This document shows positions 37,649 through 51,372 of a DNA stretch of 64,000 nucleotides, one piece after another. The notes under the pieces are model-generated. The model was not told the origin of the DNA, ran no database searches, and saw nothing but the letters and a program-made list of their open reading frames with translations. The stretch's first letter is position 1, and each line of letters begins with the position of its first letter. A program made the translations under genes and the position numbers. This DNA is from Albugo candida (Eukaryota): contig JBDOQK010000001.1 of assembly GCA_040437565.1 (NCBI GenBank), positions 310,001-374,000 on the forward strand, written 5' to 3'.

Positions 37649-40056
37649 ATGAGTCTCAAATCCCGGCCAGGATGTACAGAATTAAGTCTGACGTCGTCGC
37701 TTTTAGTTCGGGCCATTGAGGTGCACGAAGAAAATACATTTGTGATAGTGCTAAGACTGATCCTTTCATATAAAATGATACCAATATTGTCTAACATGTG
37801 AGATTATTGCACAGCAATGGTCTCATACAAAGTACCTGAAATAGAGGTAAACGCAATTACCGAGCAAACGAACCTTGCAATCGACTGCTATAAAATAATA
37901 GCCAATCGCCCCAAGACATCGTGTAATGGAGCTGAAGCGTTTATGGTGGGAATCCAAACTAGCGATCGGTCTCATTTCGCTCATAATCGCGCGATGTGTT
38001 GATCGGGTTCTTTACACGTTTGTTATACGCAACTCTTTTCCATAAGGGCTTTTACAAACTGACTTGTCGTGTAGACGTGTCACCTATGAGTATACTGCGT
38101 TTTTGTGGTACTTTACGAATGTGATCCTCCCGGTGGCATTTCTTGTGACCTCTTGGCCCGTTGTATGGTACAAAATGTATTTCACAGCAGATATCACTCC
38201 AGAAATGCGCTCTTTTCCGCATTATAAATTCGCAATTATGGCACTCTTCGATATGCTTTACAATCTTCTATCAGCATTTCCGACTCCGCATATAGGGTAC
38301 ACCACATAATCTATTTTTCGACACGTTCGACTGATCCCATTTTTCATCGCATAGTGGGAATATGGCCAATGTACTGAATCAGCTCGTTCTTCCATTCAAT
38401 ATGGGATTGGCATTCTTACTTTTACAGACAGGATTCAAACGTGGTCACATCATGGGAGCAATCCTCGTACTATACGGTGGCTTAGTCGATATGATTCCAC
38501 TATTCAATGGTGAGGCTCCAGCCAATATGCCGGATCCATCGTTCGGCTGGATTTTCTTGTACATTNNNNNNNNNNNNNNNNNNNNNNNNNNNNNNNNNNN
38601 NNNNNNNNNNNNNNNNNNNNNNNNNNNNNNNNNNNNNNNNNNNNNNNNNNNNNNNNNNNNNNNNNGCGATGTGTTGATCGGGTTCTTTACACGTTTGTTA
38701 TACGCAACTCTTTTCCATAAGGGCTTTTACAAACTGACTTGTCGTGTAGACGTGTCACCTATGAGTATACTGCGTTTTTGTGGTACTTTACGAATGTGAT
38801 CCTCCCGGTGGCATTTCTTGTGACCTCTTGGCCCGTTGTATGGTACAAAATGTATTTCACAGCAGATATCACTCCAGAAATGCGCTCTTTTCCGCATTAT
38901 AAATTCGCAATTATGGCACTCTTCGATATGCTTTACAATCTTCTATCAGCATTTCCGACTCCGCATATAGGGTACACCACATAATCTATTTTTCGACACG
39001 TTCGACTGATCCCATTTTTCATCGCATAGTGGGAATATGGCCAATGTACTGAATCAGCTCGTTCTTCCATTCAATATGGGATTGGCATTCTTACTTTTAC
39101 AGACAGGATTCAAACGTGGTCACATCATGGGAGCAATCCTCGTACTATACGGTGGCTTAGTCGATATGATTCCACTATTCAATGGTGAGGCTCCAGCCAA
39201 TATGCCGGATCCATCGTTCGGCTGGATTTTCTTGTACATTTTATCTTTGATACCAAATGCAGCTTCAAACGTCTACAAAGAAATCGGACTGAAGGATGTC
39301 GATCTTGACATTTGGTATGCAAATGCATGGATCAGCTCTTATCAGTTCCTTCTTGGTCTCGCTTCTATTTGGACTGTGCGCGTACGTCTCCTCACATTTG
39401 TCTTCCTCGTCTCATGAAAGCCTTAGATCAGAGCATTTTGCGATCCTCCGGTTCCATGGAGCGAATTCGCTTCATATTTGGCTAAAGGGAATGATTGTTT
39501 TCTTGGTCATCCTGTCGATTTCAACGGAAAGCATTACACATGTGATACTGGTGTCTTGAACACTTTCCTAATCTTCATCATATTCAATATCATATACAAC
39601 CAGCTGATGTTGTACATATTCAAAGAAGGCAGCAGTGTATTGTTTGTGGTGTCATCGGCGGTGTGCCTACCTCTGACGGATCTCTTGTATATGTACCCAA
39701 TGCTCACGGGTCCATCAGCAGGACAGAAATTCACAATACATGACGGTTTTGCTCTGTTCGCGTTGGTCATGGGTGTATTGATCTATCATTCGGAGAAAGT
39801 GGGCCGTCCGGCTGGAGCACAGTCTTTGCAAAAGTCGCCCATGTTCTCATCACCAACACTCCAAAAAACGCACTTAATGCAAAAGTGTGGTCACGGAAAG
39901 GTGCTTTACCATCAGAGCCCGCAAATGCGCAAAGCGTCCACTGGAAATAGATCATGCATACCAAAAGAGATTCGCTCGATCGTGAATCGTGAAAGAAAAT
40001 CTACGCCGTCCAAGTACGGCACAATAGAGGATCAGAATCGAACGAACTTACTTTAA
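37649..40056 (+). CDS. CRT-like (PfCRT/CLT family) drug/metabolite transporter, multi-exon
   Basis: About 10 hydrophobic segments with LAIGLISLIIARCVDRVLY, HYKFAIMALFD, LNQLVLPF, IPNAASNVYKE and DIWYANAWISSYQ. Start uncertain (37649 or ~37926). Segment ~37990-38565 is duplicated across the gap. Confidence 0.75.
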
Positions 40057-40547
40057 TCACTTAAATAAAGCTCTGTGTTTGTGTAGAACGCTTCAAGTTG
40101 AACATCAATTAAAAACTTAACATGTTCTTGCAACGCTATTGGCTCCTGCCACTTCCCCCACTGTTTAGCCATACAACGTCTTCGAAAACAACCTTACTAC
40201 AGTGATTAGGCTATGAGAGAGTACTAAAGATCTAATTGGATGAAAGGACAGCAAGAGATTCAATTTTATATTAGGTTGGTTCTAATCATGTTCAGGAGGT
40301 GATTCAGTGAAAAGGGTACAATAGTATACTGTGTACTATACCGTAACAACGCAAAATCTAAAGTAGATTGATCCATTTTATAATTTTCCTTCTCCTGCTT
40401 ACAGTCCATCTGTCGATTCGTCACCCATCACACTGAGGAGTTCAAGGAAGATTGATATTTGAAGCAAAACAGTATTGTATAAGAAACAAAGAGCAAGATC
40501 TATTTTGTTCATCTTGACTTTGCTATCTCGCTGTTATCAAATTCAAA

Positions 40548-41653
40548 GTGCTCTTCTCAAAAATTGCGTTGCTTCTACCTATAGTAGAAACTGACAGACC
40601 GCGAAAAGACCACCTTGTATTGCGCATTTCTAGAGAAGAAGGATTGCTTCTTTTCGTTTCTGAGTGCACTGTATACTTCGGCTTATTGACGCGAGCTTTG
40701 TTCAGAGCAAGACAACCAGTAACTAGTATACTATGCTCACAAGACGTCGACAAAATTATAAAAACATGCATGATATTGTAAACTTGGCGAAAAAATACTC
40801 TCCAAAATTAGTCAAAGGCTACAGTACAGGAAATATTTCTGTGGTCGACAAGAAAAGCTGGCTTGAAGTCTGCGATCATAAACATCGGTACGGTCATTGT
40901 GTCTATTCTTTCCATCTATCTAACACTTTTTTTAGATACGGCGCCAATTTACGAGCTTATTATAAAGAATGGAAACGAATAGCGGAAACACAAATGGAGT
41001 GCGCGAATTTCTGGGAATGGCTCGACAATGACGCAGTGGAAGTCGAAGGTGTGCCGCGAACCAAACTAGAAAGCGAGACGGTGCTTTACTGCAACACCGC
41101 TGCGGAAAGGAAGCAGTTCACATTATCTATCAATCAAGGAATTATTTATCATGATGTATCAGAACAGAAAGTGGATACAGGAGATGAAGGATGGATATTT
41201 GTGCTACGCGATGGAATGCTTTACGGTGGTCAGAAAGTGACGAAACAGATCCCTCGCATCCACCACACGAGCTTTGTTGGCGGTGAGTGCGTACAAACCG
41301 CCGGAATGATGGTCATAGTCGATGGGCGTATCCAAATCATTTACCCTCATAGCGGTCACTACCGCCCATCAGAGCATGAAGTTTTGATTCTTTTGCGCTT
41401 TCTTAAGGATAAAGGCGTGGATTTATCGAATATTCGGGTCGATGTGCAACGAATTCAAAAAGTATATCGTCAGTGTCTTCACAACGGGGAATTAGTGCGT
41501 AAAATTGATAACGCGCATTTCTGGAACGCCAATCGGGTATTACACTTTTTGGAATTGAAACAGCTCACGAGCAAACTTCATTTGTTTGATGAATTACGCG
41601 TTAGAGTAGCCAAAAAATGGAAAAAGGAAGGTACCAAAACGCGTTACTTTTGA
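40548..41653 (+). CDS. IQM-like (IQ-domain calmodulin-binding family) protein
   Basis: WLEVCDHKHRYGANL..YY..W, FWEWLD, WIFVL, HHTSFVGG..V..AG and PHSGHYRP match my recollection of plant/fungal IQM proteins. Intron ~40889-40937; 5' end unresolved. Confidence 0.75.
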
Positions 41654-42500
41654 TTTGGTAGGCGGTTTGGGGATCTTAGGAAACGCCCCTTACCCTTCTT
41701 TGCGCTGTATATTATGTAACGGATAAAGTACGATTTATTACTGTCCCTGTGTATGATTTAAGTCAGAGCGTGTGCGATGACGTCAGTGCACCCAAATCCA
41801 AATTCATTCGTTAGTGGCAATAGCTTGTGGTCGTTTGTGATCATGGAAATTGTGAGATATACTAGAATAACTACATTGATCGTCAAATTCGTAGCGATAG
41901 GCCGAGTTTTCTCAACCTTTTTTTAGCAGAGAAAAGTCAGTTGAAGCGTTTGTGAGATATTGCCTGTGCGGAATTCTATTAGGCTGTTGGCTTTATAACA
42001 TTTAAGTTGCTACACGAGATCGTCACATAGCTATAAGAAAGGTGAAGTCGCAAAACGTATACTAAGTCCACTGTGTGCAGAACTAGTTGATTCAAGTTGT
42101 GGCAAAGTATATCGATAGCAGCTGTAGCGCTCTGAACATTTTTTTCCTTCTATAATTTGTGTTTGGAAGTCGGGAACAGAGAGTGAACACTGTGTGGTAC
42201 AACACGCTGTTCCCTACGTGCATACGACTAAGTATCCTTTATCAAACAACCAAGTGAGGACATCTCGTGCTTCGTCGCAACCATTTTAGACACATTGATT
42301 AATAATATCGAATCAGTATGCGTACTGGTGCGACACGCAACCAAAAGCAAAGTTTGCATACCAAATCGCATATAAATGTCGCAGCTGTTTAGGTATGTCC
42401 GGATTCTTCGGTCCACAAGACGCTTGCATCAATGTCGCAAGTTTGATGCCAGCCCAAGGTATGATTGCGATCACTCTAGCTTTGGTAAAAGGCAATCAAC

Positions 42501-43049
42501 ATGCCATTAGTGACTCCAGGATCAACCAAACGTAGCTTATGGCCAGAAAACGATTGTGTTTCAATCAAGAAAAGGAAGTTGGATGCATTAAATGATTGTG
42601 AAAGTTTATGGTCAGAGCGATATCGATTTTCAGAAGATAAAAATAATGTAGCATGCTTTCGAATGTGTCAAAATAGCGGCACATGCGGGCACATTCAATG
42701 CACATTTTGTATGTTACATTGTTCGCGGAAACATGCATTACATCGTTTGATGCATAGTCAATATGATGAAGCGATTTATATATTGCGAAAAGTAGAGCAC
42801 ATACAAAGATCAATGTCAGTGCATCGACGCAAGCACATATTAACAGCTGCGCATTGTGAGCAAAGCATAAGCATCGAACCTGCCAGAGCGAGAACGCACC
42901 GCGTACATTTCAATCCGCAGATCACAGCCATCAGTGTAGAAATGGTTGATCGTTCCATCGGTGTTGTGCTTCCCCCAACTTTGGAAGAAATGCTCGTCAT
43001 TCGCGCAAATCGACAGATTCCGATGCAAAATTACTCGGAATTATGGTAA
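42501..43049 (+). CDS. Small hypothetical protein
   Basis: 182-aa ATG ORF with a KKRK NLS-like motif, a Cys/His cluster and an RVHF (RVxF-like) motif. Confidence 0.55.
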   Translation: MPLVTPGSTKRSLWPENDCVSIKKRKLDALNDCESLWSERYRFSEDKNNVACFRMCQNSGTCGHIQCTFCMLHCSRKHALHRLMHSQYDEAIYILRKVEHIQRSMSVHRRKHILTAAHCEQSISIEPARARTHRVHFNPQITAISVEMVDRSIGVVLPPTLEEMLVIRANRQIPMQNYSELW

Positions 43050-43170
43050 GAAATAGAATCATAATGAAACGATACAGTAGAGAAGGATCACATTGCGTCG
43101 ATAGCGTTAGAAATTTGTCGGTTAAGGGTTTGTTTACTTAATTTTAATTGAAATAGGGGACTAACGTATA

Positions 43171-44082
43171 CTATAATACGATACAAAGTCCATCGTAAGC
43201 CATTTCAACCTTCAAATTATCAAGTGCTGGGAGATCACGTAGTTCGGCATTGGTTTTATTATAATCGAAATCATGGCTCATCCCCGTAAGATACGTTTGC
43301 TTCGGACGTAATTTGAGTACAAGGTTGATCACATCCGGTAGATTCATGTGTGTGCTGTGTCGCCTCTCTGTATTCAGCGCATCGATCATTAAAATATCAA
43401 TGGGATCCGTCCTGTTGACCAAATATTGCATCGTTTGTGGAGGTACATGACTCACGTCCGATATGTAGACAAAGCACTTACCCACTTCGAACCCAAACAC
43501 ATATCCATAAGCGTAATAGTCGTCTCCATGTAGCACCGGAATCGGAACGAAGTCACAACCGTGAACCGATAATCGTTGAAGAGGTAGTGCCAATGAGAAA
43601 CTGATTTGAGCGACCCAACGAGCACTGAGATTTTCTGATTGACACAAATATGGGAATTTGGTTTCGATTTGCCGCTGCGTTTCCTTATTGCAAAATACCG
43701 GAAGCGCGCCGGATGACACTTTTAAAGATTCCTTTGTAATTGGATCAATCTCTTCGTGGAATGATTGTACCTCCCTTATATCATCCAATCCGAAAATAGC
43801 ATCAGCATGATCGTGTGTCAATAGAATGGCATCAATTGTATCGATTTGTAATTTTGGGAAAAGTCGCAAGGACGCCTGTCGAAAGGTTTTGCCACAATCG
43901 ATCAATATGTTTCTTGTACCCTTACTCGATTTGACACGTATAAGGATTGACGGATTGAGTCGATGATTCCTCGATGTAGGGTTCTCATACGCTTCTTTAC
44001 ACACATCGCATCCCGATGACAAAAGACATCTCATAGAGGGTACAGAGGACGACGGACCACATCCTAAAACATAAACTTCCAT
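43171..44082 (-). CDS. PhnP-like metallo-beta-lactamase-fold hydrolase
   Basis: LGCGPSSSVP, ILIDCGKTF, LTHDHADAIFGLDD, VLHG, YISDVS, STHMNL, GMSH and AYDG. Confidence 0.9.
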   Translation of the reverse strand: MEVYVLGCGPSSSVPSMRCLLSSGCDVCKEAYENPTSRNHRLNPSILIRVKSSKGTRNILIDCGKTFRQASLRLFPKLQIDTIDAILLTHDHADAIFGLDDIREVQSFHEEIDPITKESLKVSSGALPVFCNKETQRQIETKFPYLCQSENLSARWVAQISFSLALPLQRLSVHGCDFVPIPVLHGDDYYAYGYVFGFEVGKCFVYISDVSHVPPQTMQYLVNRTDPIDILMIDALNTERRHSTHMNLPDVINLVLKLRPKQTYLTGMSHDFDYNKTNAELRDLPALDNLKVEMAYDGLCIVL

Positions 44083-44104
44083 ACGACTTTCTAGAAGTCT
44101 ATGG

Positions 44105-44272
44105 TTACGTTCCGTACGTTTTCACGTAGATACGATTCATGACGTGGCATTGAACACGTGTCGAGTTCGTACTTTAGCGAAATACGTGGCATACGCTGAT
44201 TCGTTCAAATACGCAATACAAAACCCAATAAAAAAAGATTTGAGCTCGTTACCTTTTTCATTTTTCATTTTG
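44105..44272. promoter_or_regulatory. BiP/hydrolase divergent promoter with UPRE/ERSE-like bZIP sites and INR-FPR
   Basis: TGACGTGG at 44140-44147; six ACGT cores in 44107-44187; CGTGG-N9-ATTCG at 44185-44203; TCATTTTTCATTTT at 44258-44271. Confidence 0.55.
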
Positions 44273-44291
44273 CGCCAAAGGGAAAGATCCC

Positions 44292-46289
44292 ATGAAGTTG
44301 ACAAACATTCTTCGCCTCACCTCCGTGGCTGTGGCCACGATGCTCTGCGTTGTCGCAGATGAAGGCAGCAAATCCACGGGATCCGGAATGACGGGACCGG
44401 TTATTGGAATCGATTTGGGAACCACATACAGTTGTGTCGGATATTACAAGAACAAGAAAGTGGAAATCATCCCAAATGAGCAAGGAAATCGTGTCACCCC
44501 GTCCTACGTGGCTTTCGACGCGACTGGAACTCGATTGATCGGTGATGCGGCCAAGAATCAAGCCGTTCACAACCCCGAGCAAACGATTTTCGACGTGAAA
44601 CGACTTATTGGTCGAAAGTTTACGGACAAATCCGTTCAAGCAGACAAGAAGCTACTTCCGTACGAGATTATCAACAAAGACGGAAAGCCATTCATTCGCG
44701 TTACAGTGAAGGGAGAACAGAAGGTTTTCGCACCTGAAGAAATCTCGGCCATGGTTCTCCAGAAAATGAAGGATATTGCTGAGAAAGTTATTGGAACAAC
44801 TGTGAAGGATGCCGTGGTCACTGTCCCAGCATATTTCAACGATGCTCAACGTCAAGCAACCAAAGATGCTGGATCTATCGCTGGATTGACCGTTCAACGT
44901 ATCATCAATGAGCCAACAGCTGCTGCGATTGCTTATGGAATTGACAAGAAAGCTCAAGGAGAGAAGAACGTATTGGTATTTGACCTCGGTGGAGGAACAT
45001 TCGATGTCACTCTTTTAGCCATTGATGGTGGAGTGTTTGAGGTACTTGCCACGAACGGAGACACTCATTTGGGAGGAGAAGATTTCGATCAACGTGTCAT
45101 GCAATTTTTCATCAAGAAGTGGAACAAAGAAAAGACGATTGAAATTGAAAAGGACAAACGGGCAGTCCAAAAGATTCGTCGTGAAGCCGAGCGTGTCAAG
45201 CGTGCCTTGTCTACCAACACTCAAGCCCGTATTGAAGTCGAGTCCCTTATTGATGGAATAGACTTCAGCGACAACCTTTCGCGTGCGCTTTTCGAGAAAT
45301 TGAACAACGATTTGTTCCGAAAAACTTTGGCTCCAGTTGACAAAGTGCTGAAAGATGCTGGTCTAAAGAAGTCAGAAGTTGACGAAGTTGTTCTTGTTGG
45401 CGGGTCTACTCGTATCCCTAAAGTGCAAGAATTGCTGAAAGCATACTTCAACGGCAAGGAGTTGAATCGTGGTGTCAACCCTGATGAGGCTGTTGCCTAC
45501 GGGGCCGCCGTACAAGGCGGTATTCTTGGAGGCGAACAAGACGATCTGAACAAGGATCTTCTTCTGATCGACGTCATCCCATTGTCTCAAGGTATTGAAA
45601 CCGTTGGTGGTGTCATGACCAAGATTATCAACCGTAACACCGTCATCCCTACCAAGAAGTCTCAAGTGTTTTCGACTTCATCTGACAATCAAAACGCTGT
45701 CAGCATTTCTGTCCTTGAAGGTGAACGGGCGATGGCTAAAGACAACCGGTTGCTCGGAAAATTCGAACTCACTGGCATTCCTCCTGCCCCTCGAGGTGTT
45801 CCTCAAATTGAAGTCACTTTTGAAGTGGATGCCAATGGTATCCTTCAGGTGTCTGCTGAAGACAAAGGAACCGGTAAGGCTGAAAAGATTACGATCACCG
45901 CAGAGAAAGGACGTCTTTCTGAAGAAGAAATCCAACGAATGGTTCAAGAAGCTGAAGAATTCGCAGACGAGGACAAACGTATCAAAGAACGAATTGACGG
46001 CAGAAATGCACTTGAAGGATACTTGTACAACTTGAAATCTCAAGTCGACGACAAATTGGCCGACAAGATCGAAGAAGACGACAAAGAGACTGTCTCCAAT
46101 GCCGTTCAAGATGCCTTGGACTGGCTTGAAGACAACCAAGAAGCTGACAAACCTGATTTCGAAGCCAAACAAAAGGAGGTTGAGAAGATTGTGAACCCGA
46201 TCATGGCCAAACTCTACCAAGGAGGAGCTGGTGGCGGTGCCGCGGAAGAGGAGGAAGAAGAGGAGGAAGAAGACCACGACGAATTGTAG
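44292..46289 (+). CDS. BiP: ER luminal Hsp70 (BiP/GRP78)
   Basis: Signal peptide, [56 protein letters not shown] and C-terminal HDEL. Confidence 0.98.
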   Translation: MKLTNILRLTSVAVATMLCVVADEGSKSTGSGMTGPVIGIDLGTTYSCVGYYKNKKVEIIPNEQGNRVTPSYVAFDATGTRLIGDAAKNQAVHNPEQTIFDVKRLIGRKFTDKSVQADKKLLPYEIINKDGKPFIRVTVKGEQKVFAPEEISAMVLQKMKDIAEKVIGTTVKDAVVTVPAYFNDAQRQATKDAGSIAGLTVQRIINEPTAAAIAYGIDKKAQGEKNVLVFDLGGGTFDVTLLAIDGGVFEVLATNGDTHLGGEDFDQRVMQFFIKKWNKEKTIEIEKDKRAVQKIRREAERVKRALSTNTQARIEVESLIDGIDFSDNLSRALFEKLNNDLFRKTLAPVDKVLKDAGLKKSEVDEVVLVGGSTRIPKVQELLKAYFNGKELNRGVNPDEAVAYGAAVQGGILGGEQDDLNKDLLLIDVIPLSQGIETVGGVMTKIINRNTVIPTKKSQVFSTSSDNQNAVSISVLEGERAMAKDNRLLGKFELTGIPPAPRGVPQIEVTFEVDANGILQVSAEDKGTGKAEKITITAEKGRLSEEEIQRMVQEAEEFADEDKRIKERIDGRNALEGYLYNLKSQVDDKLADKIEEDDKETVSNAVQDALDWLEDNQEADKPDFEAKQKEVEKIVNPIMAKLYQGGAGGGAAEEEEEEEEEDHDEL

Positions 46290-46416
46290 GCGCATAGATA
46301 TGAAGCATACCGATCCTTGCGGCTTGAGGAGGAAATCCATCGATACAGAACTTTTTTAGTAACTCAATACTCTTTGATCTCCTCTGTCACGAGCCATCCA
46401 AATTTCTTTTGAATTT

Positions 46417-49400
46417 TTAGTGTTTCAAAATCGCACGCACTTCGCTTTGCTGTTTGTTTCCCAGCTTTTGTACTTCTGCCGCTAAAACGCTCGGCACAAT
46501 TGCATTGACAGCTTGCAATAGCTTTGAATTCGCCTGTCGGATATCGCCTTTGACCTCTTTGAGCGTATCGATTGCAAGCGGCACAATGTTTCTAATGAAA
46601 ACGTCAGTATGACTTACAAAGTATCATTTGATCCTCTCACCGAATCACAAACGCGTGGCTTCTGTCGTCGACCTGAGCGATCAATTCCGCTACACATTCA
46701 ATAAGAACAGCTTTGGATCGCGTATTTGTGTTTCTCGTAATCGCTGCCAATTGTTGACACAAATTTCGAGGCTCTACTCCCAATGAATGCAACGACTGAA
46801 GCACCGATTTGCTCAACGCAGCGATCCGATTCGAATTGGACGATACATTCTTCGACAAAACTGGAAGAAGCATTCCCAAAGCAGACTCTAATGTCGAATG
46901 CAAAGCCGAGAGAATACTCTCAACTTCCTCCATCATCGCTAATGAGACTTTAAGATTCCCGTCATCCATTCGACGCACAAGACAATCGAATATCTCAACG
47001 GATTTACTGCTTTGATTCAATGCGTGAGCGTGCTGCATTACAAACGCTTTCAATGAAGAAATCGCTTCCAAACGTTCTTTCCAATCGCTGCTATCTAATT
47101 TGGTCACAATCGCTTCCACATCTTCGGTCAAATTTGCCTGCGAGCCAGAAATCGGTCGTTTTCTTTTACTTTTCAGCGCTGAAGACGCACGAGGAACCTG
47201 ATTTTTCTCCTTTTCATTCTTTGTAAATGATTGGGAGCCTATTTTTTCGACTTTGAGATAAAGTGTCGGCGATAAAAATCGTTTCAAAAAGCTTAATTCC
47301 AAATTCACTTCCACCTGCAAAGCCCAAAAGCATTCTTTTGCGATATCTCGTACTTCACTGCTGGTGTCTTCGAGGAATTTCCCCGCGAGCGAAATGATGC
47401 GTTCTTGCTCACGACTTGCCATAATTTGGTCTCTGTGTATTTGAATGAGCCGTAGGATGGATCGTGCTACTTCTCGTCGAATTGGTACGGCTTTCGCATT
47501 GGAATGAGAAAGTAACGCTGCGAAGACTTTGGACAGCGAACAGCTTCGAAGAATGGCGAGAATTGAATTGGAAGCCGATTCGCATACAAACGCATTGGAA
47601 TCCGCACATCGTTTCAGTAATAATGGGACAATATGCTCTAATTCTGCATCAATTCCTTTACCATACACAGAACTGAGCGTATCCATCGCCAAGAGAGCGT
47701 TTTTAGACACAGAAGAGCGCAAATTGCGCACTTGAGAAAGTATTTCGAGAATCATTTCGTGCAATCGATCTTCCAAAAATGAAGAATGATACACCGCGAG
47801 TCGACGAAGACTCGTGAGAGCCTGGAAATTCTCTTCCCAATTGCTAGAGTGCAGACCATCCATAAGTTTTTTAACTTCGGCTTTTGGGTTGGAAAATGGC
47901 TTCAGTTCGTCCTCTTGCACGTACTTTGTGCCATTCGCCTCAAACGAGCTTTGTCGGTCGAGAATCGCCTCTTTCCCTCGTCGTGAAGGCACAGCTTTAG
48001 TCTCGCTGCTTTGGGCTTGAGTCGCGTTGCCACTGCGTGGTGTAGACTCGGACACTTTTGGAGATCCTATTCGTGCGCCTGACGAGCTTGCTGAGGACTC
48101 AAATTCTTGCTCTGAAATTTGTGATTTCTGCTGTCTCGCTTCCATCCTTTTACGCGTGGCCAGCGACAGATTCGATCTTTCCTTCGTCTTGCTCAACGGC
48201 TCCGTCACGTGCACAGAAGCGGTGAAGTCGTCTGTGATATCCGTCGCATACATTGCGGCAGTGCCCATTGAAAGAGGACGAATTGGACGTTCTTGTAGAT
48301 TTCTAGCATTGACCTCTGTGGTTGGAGGCACACGCGTAGTCTCATCGCATCTCCCTGGGGCATTCACGCTATCGGTAGAAGAATTCCATAGCTTCTCAGC
48401 CTTCTTTCTCAATAAAATAAGCTTGTCGCTCCGAGACGTATTTATTTGCCCAAGTGCTTCCAGCGACTTCATACAAAGTGTACTTTCAACGGGAACCGGA
48501 CATCGCAAAGACTCGTGTTCCAAACAAGTGTCGAAGCCTGCACCTCTGATCTCTTGATGCTCCTTTGCCCGACCATTTCGCCATTCTGGCACCGATCTAC
48601 ATCTACCTAAACCAAGTGAGTCAATCTTATCAATATTCTTGGTGGATTGAGCGCTAGAAGGCGGATGAGATGTTGGAGACATATCCCCGGTCTCTTCCCG
48701 CGCTCGTCGTTTACTCGATATAGATGAACGAACGTTTCTTTCAGCCTCAGTGATGCACATTTTTGGCACGTGTAGAGTTCCATTCGCAAGAAGTTGAGCT
48801 CCTTTTCCACCAGACGCCAATATTTGCTTTAATCTTGCAAAATCGATCTCATTCCGCAAAGCCTCATCGTCCATGTGTTCCAATAACGAGTAAATACTTA
48901 TTCCGACGTGATCCATAGCGACGGCGGCATGCAGAGACATTTCGCGAACTCGAGCGTTTACATCACAAAGTAATTTGGCAAATATCTCCACAAACGATAT
49001 CTTTGCAATTGTTTGTTCCGCAATGCGTTTATCCAAAAGAAGCGAAAGAATCCATATTCTAAGGCCTTGTTCTCGGATCTTCCAACGCCGATTCCTGAAG
49101 GATTCCATGAGTAAAGCAGTCAAAAAGGGACTTCGACACGAACAAAGAAAACACGGAAGGGTTCTGTACACTAAGAGAGTGACTTCATCGGAGTCTTCTT
49201 CTGCCAACAAAGTCATCAATTCAATAAGATCGGATGCAAATTGAGACGTATATCGCTCCAACGCGTTTCTCGTGTCGGATCCCAATATCACATTATGATG
49301 ACACACACACGTACCTTTGTAAAGCGCGTATGCTACCTGTAGAGAATGCTTCACAATATGGAGATCTACATCGTGCAATAATCTTCCAAGAATACCCAAA

Positions 49401-50323
49401 AGTGATGCGAGTTTCCCGACAAATGCACCCAATTCAATCGGCTTTAAATGTCCAACAAATTCGGCGAGTTGTCGAATGGCCCGAGATCTATTCTTCCAGT
49501 CTGCATTTGAGTTACCCTGGCTACTTTCCAGGTCGTTGATGATGCTTTCAGGCAACGATCTCTTCGCCCGCATTGACAATGTATTCCCTTTTCCACTCTC
49601 CGTAATCGCATCCAAAAATTCTGCAATGGGAACCTCGTGAAGTCTGAATGTGACACGATCTGCTGGGCTTAGTAGGTCGTTAACTTCCTGCAGCGATAAT
49701 TGTGCGATATTCTGTAACTTTGCAATGGAACACTCTGCGGCTACCACAACATTTTCATTTTCATCGTCGAGAGCGCATACCAAAGCGTTTAGAATCAATA
49801 CAACAACAGATCGATCAATACAGAGTGCGTCACTGTGTCGACAATCCTGGAGAATTCTGAAGATACATTCGATCGTATTCTCTCTTGTGGAAGCCTCAGA
49901 GACCGCTCGAAGGCCCGCGTCAATAAACAGTTTGATAATCGAATACACGTCCTCGCTGAGCAGTAGAAACTGATTCAATACGTGGAATGTGTCCGTCGCA
50001 CTATCACTATCCGCTACCTTATCGACATCACAATGAATTAAGCGATTGACAAGATACGGCAGAATCTCATCAAAAATACGGGTCGTTTGCGCTCTTAAGA
50101 AAGGCATTATGTCGCTCATTAGAGCGATCCATTCAGAGAAATGTTCTGACGCATCGTTTTGGAGGGAAAGCACCATACAAGCGACCACCTGATGGGCATT
50201 TTCGACGATGTAAGATGAAGCCTCGGCTTTTACGAGCGCCCGCAGCTTTCGCAGCGCGTGCGTCTGATCGCTGGCGGGTGCAAACTTTAAGTGAGATACA
50301 ATTGTATCTAAAGCACAGCTCAT
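46417..50323 (-). CDS. TOG/HEAT-repeat microtubule-binding protein (CLASP/TOGARAM-like)
   Basis: Repeated TOG starts (ADWKNRSRAI, RWKIREQG, SNWEENFQALTSLRRLA...VRNLRSSVSKNA, SDWKERLEAI). A last exon after an intron at ~46639-46592 ends at 46417. Confidence 0.8.
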
Positions 50324-50459
50324 TGATGTGACAAAAAGAATTATATTTTAAGTTATTTATTGGAAGAGTCAGAAACAAAATGCGTCGGAATCCATTTCCA
50401 TACGATTTATAACGGTTCTTGCGACGCTTTCGGTATTTAACCGGTATCGGTAGTACCGG

Positions 50460-51372
50460 ATGGAGCAAACTTCAGCAGGTTTTTTAGTCTTGATTCTTGA
50501 CACAAATCCATCGCATTGGTGGCGAAATGGCGATGGAATGCCGGCGAATCAATCGGATCTGTCATTTCAGAAAACAGTGGAAAGTGTGCTTATTTTTGTG
50601 AGCTCGTATTTGCTTTTAAATCGAAGCAATCGGCTCATTTTTCTCGCAGCACACGCGGGCTCTTCGGTCACTTTATATCCAGATGCGTTATCAGAATCAG
50701 AATCAGGCGATCAGATTGGATTGATACGCAATATCGTCTTAAAAAAGCTTTTGGCGCTCAGTGAACAAACGCATGACAGCACGTTGAAGTCAACTACGAG
50801 CATTTCCGGTTCCATTTCGCGCGGACTTTGCTGTAAGAACTCCCATATTCTAATTCCGATTCCCTGTATGAACACATATTCTCTATATAGGCATGAATCG
50901 AGTTCTGAAAGGGAATGCAGATCTTTTCCCGCGTATTTTTGTCATTCAGAGATCCCCCGACGTCCCGGAGCATTATATATCGATCATGAACAGCATTTTC
51001 TCGGCACAAAAGAAGAATGTGGCAATCGACGCGTGCATCTTGTCCCAGGAACACTCTCCTTTCATGCAGCAGGCGACGTATTTAACTGGTGGAATCTACT
51101 ATAAACCGCGTCTCATCGATGGTCTACTCCAATACTTGATTACATTATATCTCCCGGATCCAAATGTTCGAAAAATGTTTCGATTTCCATCACAAGAATC
51201 AGTCGATTTTCGAGCCATGTGCTTCTGTCACAAGAAAGCTGTATCAACCGCTTATGTGTGTCCCGTATGTCTTTCCCTATTCTGTCAATTTCAGCCCATT
51301 TGCTCCACTTGCGGTGTCCGTAGTCGACTTTCCATCCCGAAAAAGCTCGCCACCTCAAAACAACCAAAATGA
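50460..51372 (+). CDS. TFB4: TFIIH subunit Tfb4/p34 (GTF2H3), 2 exons
   Basis: LVLILDTNP, SISRGLC|MNR, YISIMNSIFSAQK, MQQATYLTGGIY and VDFRAMCFCH...AYVCPVCLSLFC...CSTC. Intron ~50833-50891. Confidence 0.93.

Noticed and set aside
45678-46340. 220-aa antisense ORF (and shorter ones) opposite BiP
   Set aside because: Shadow ORFs are typical of the codon-biased Hsp70 antisense strand; no recognisable motifs.
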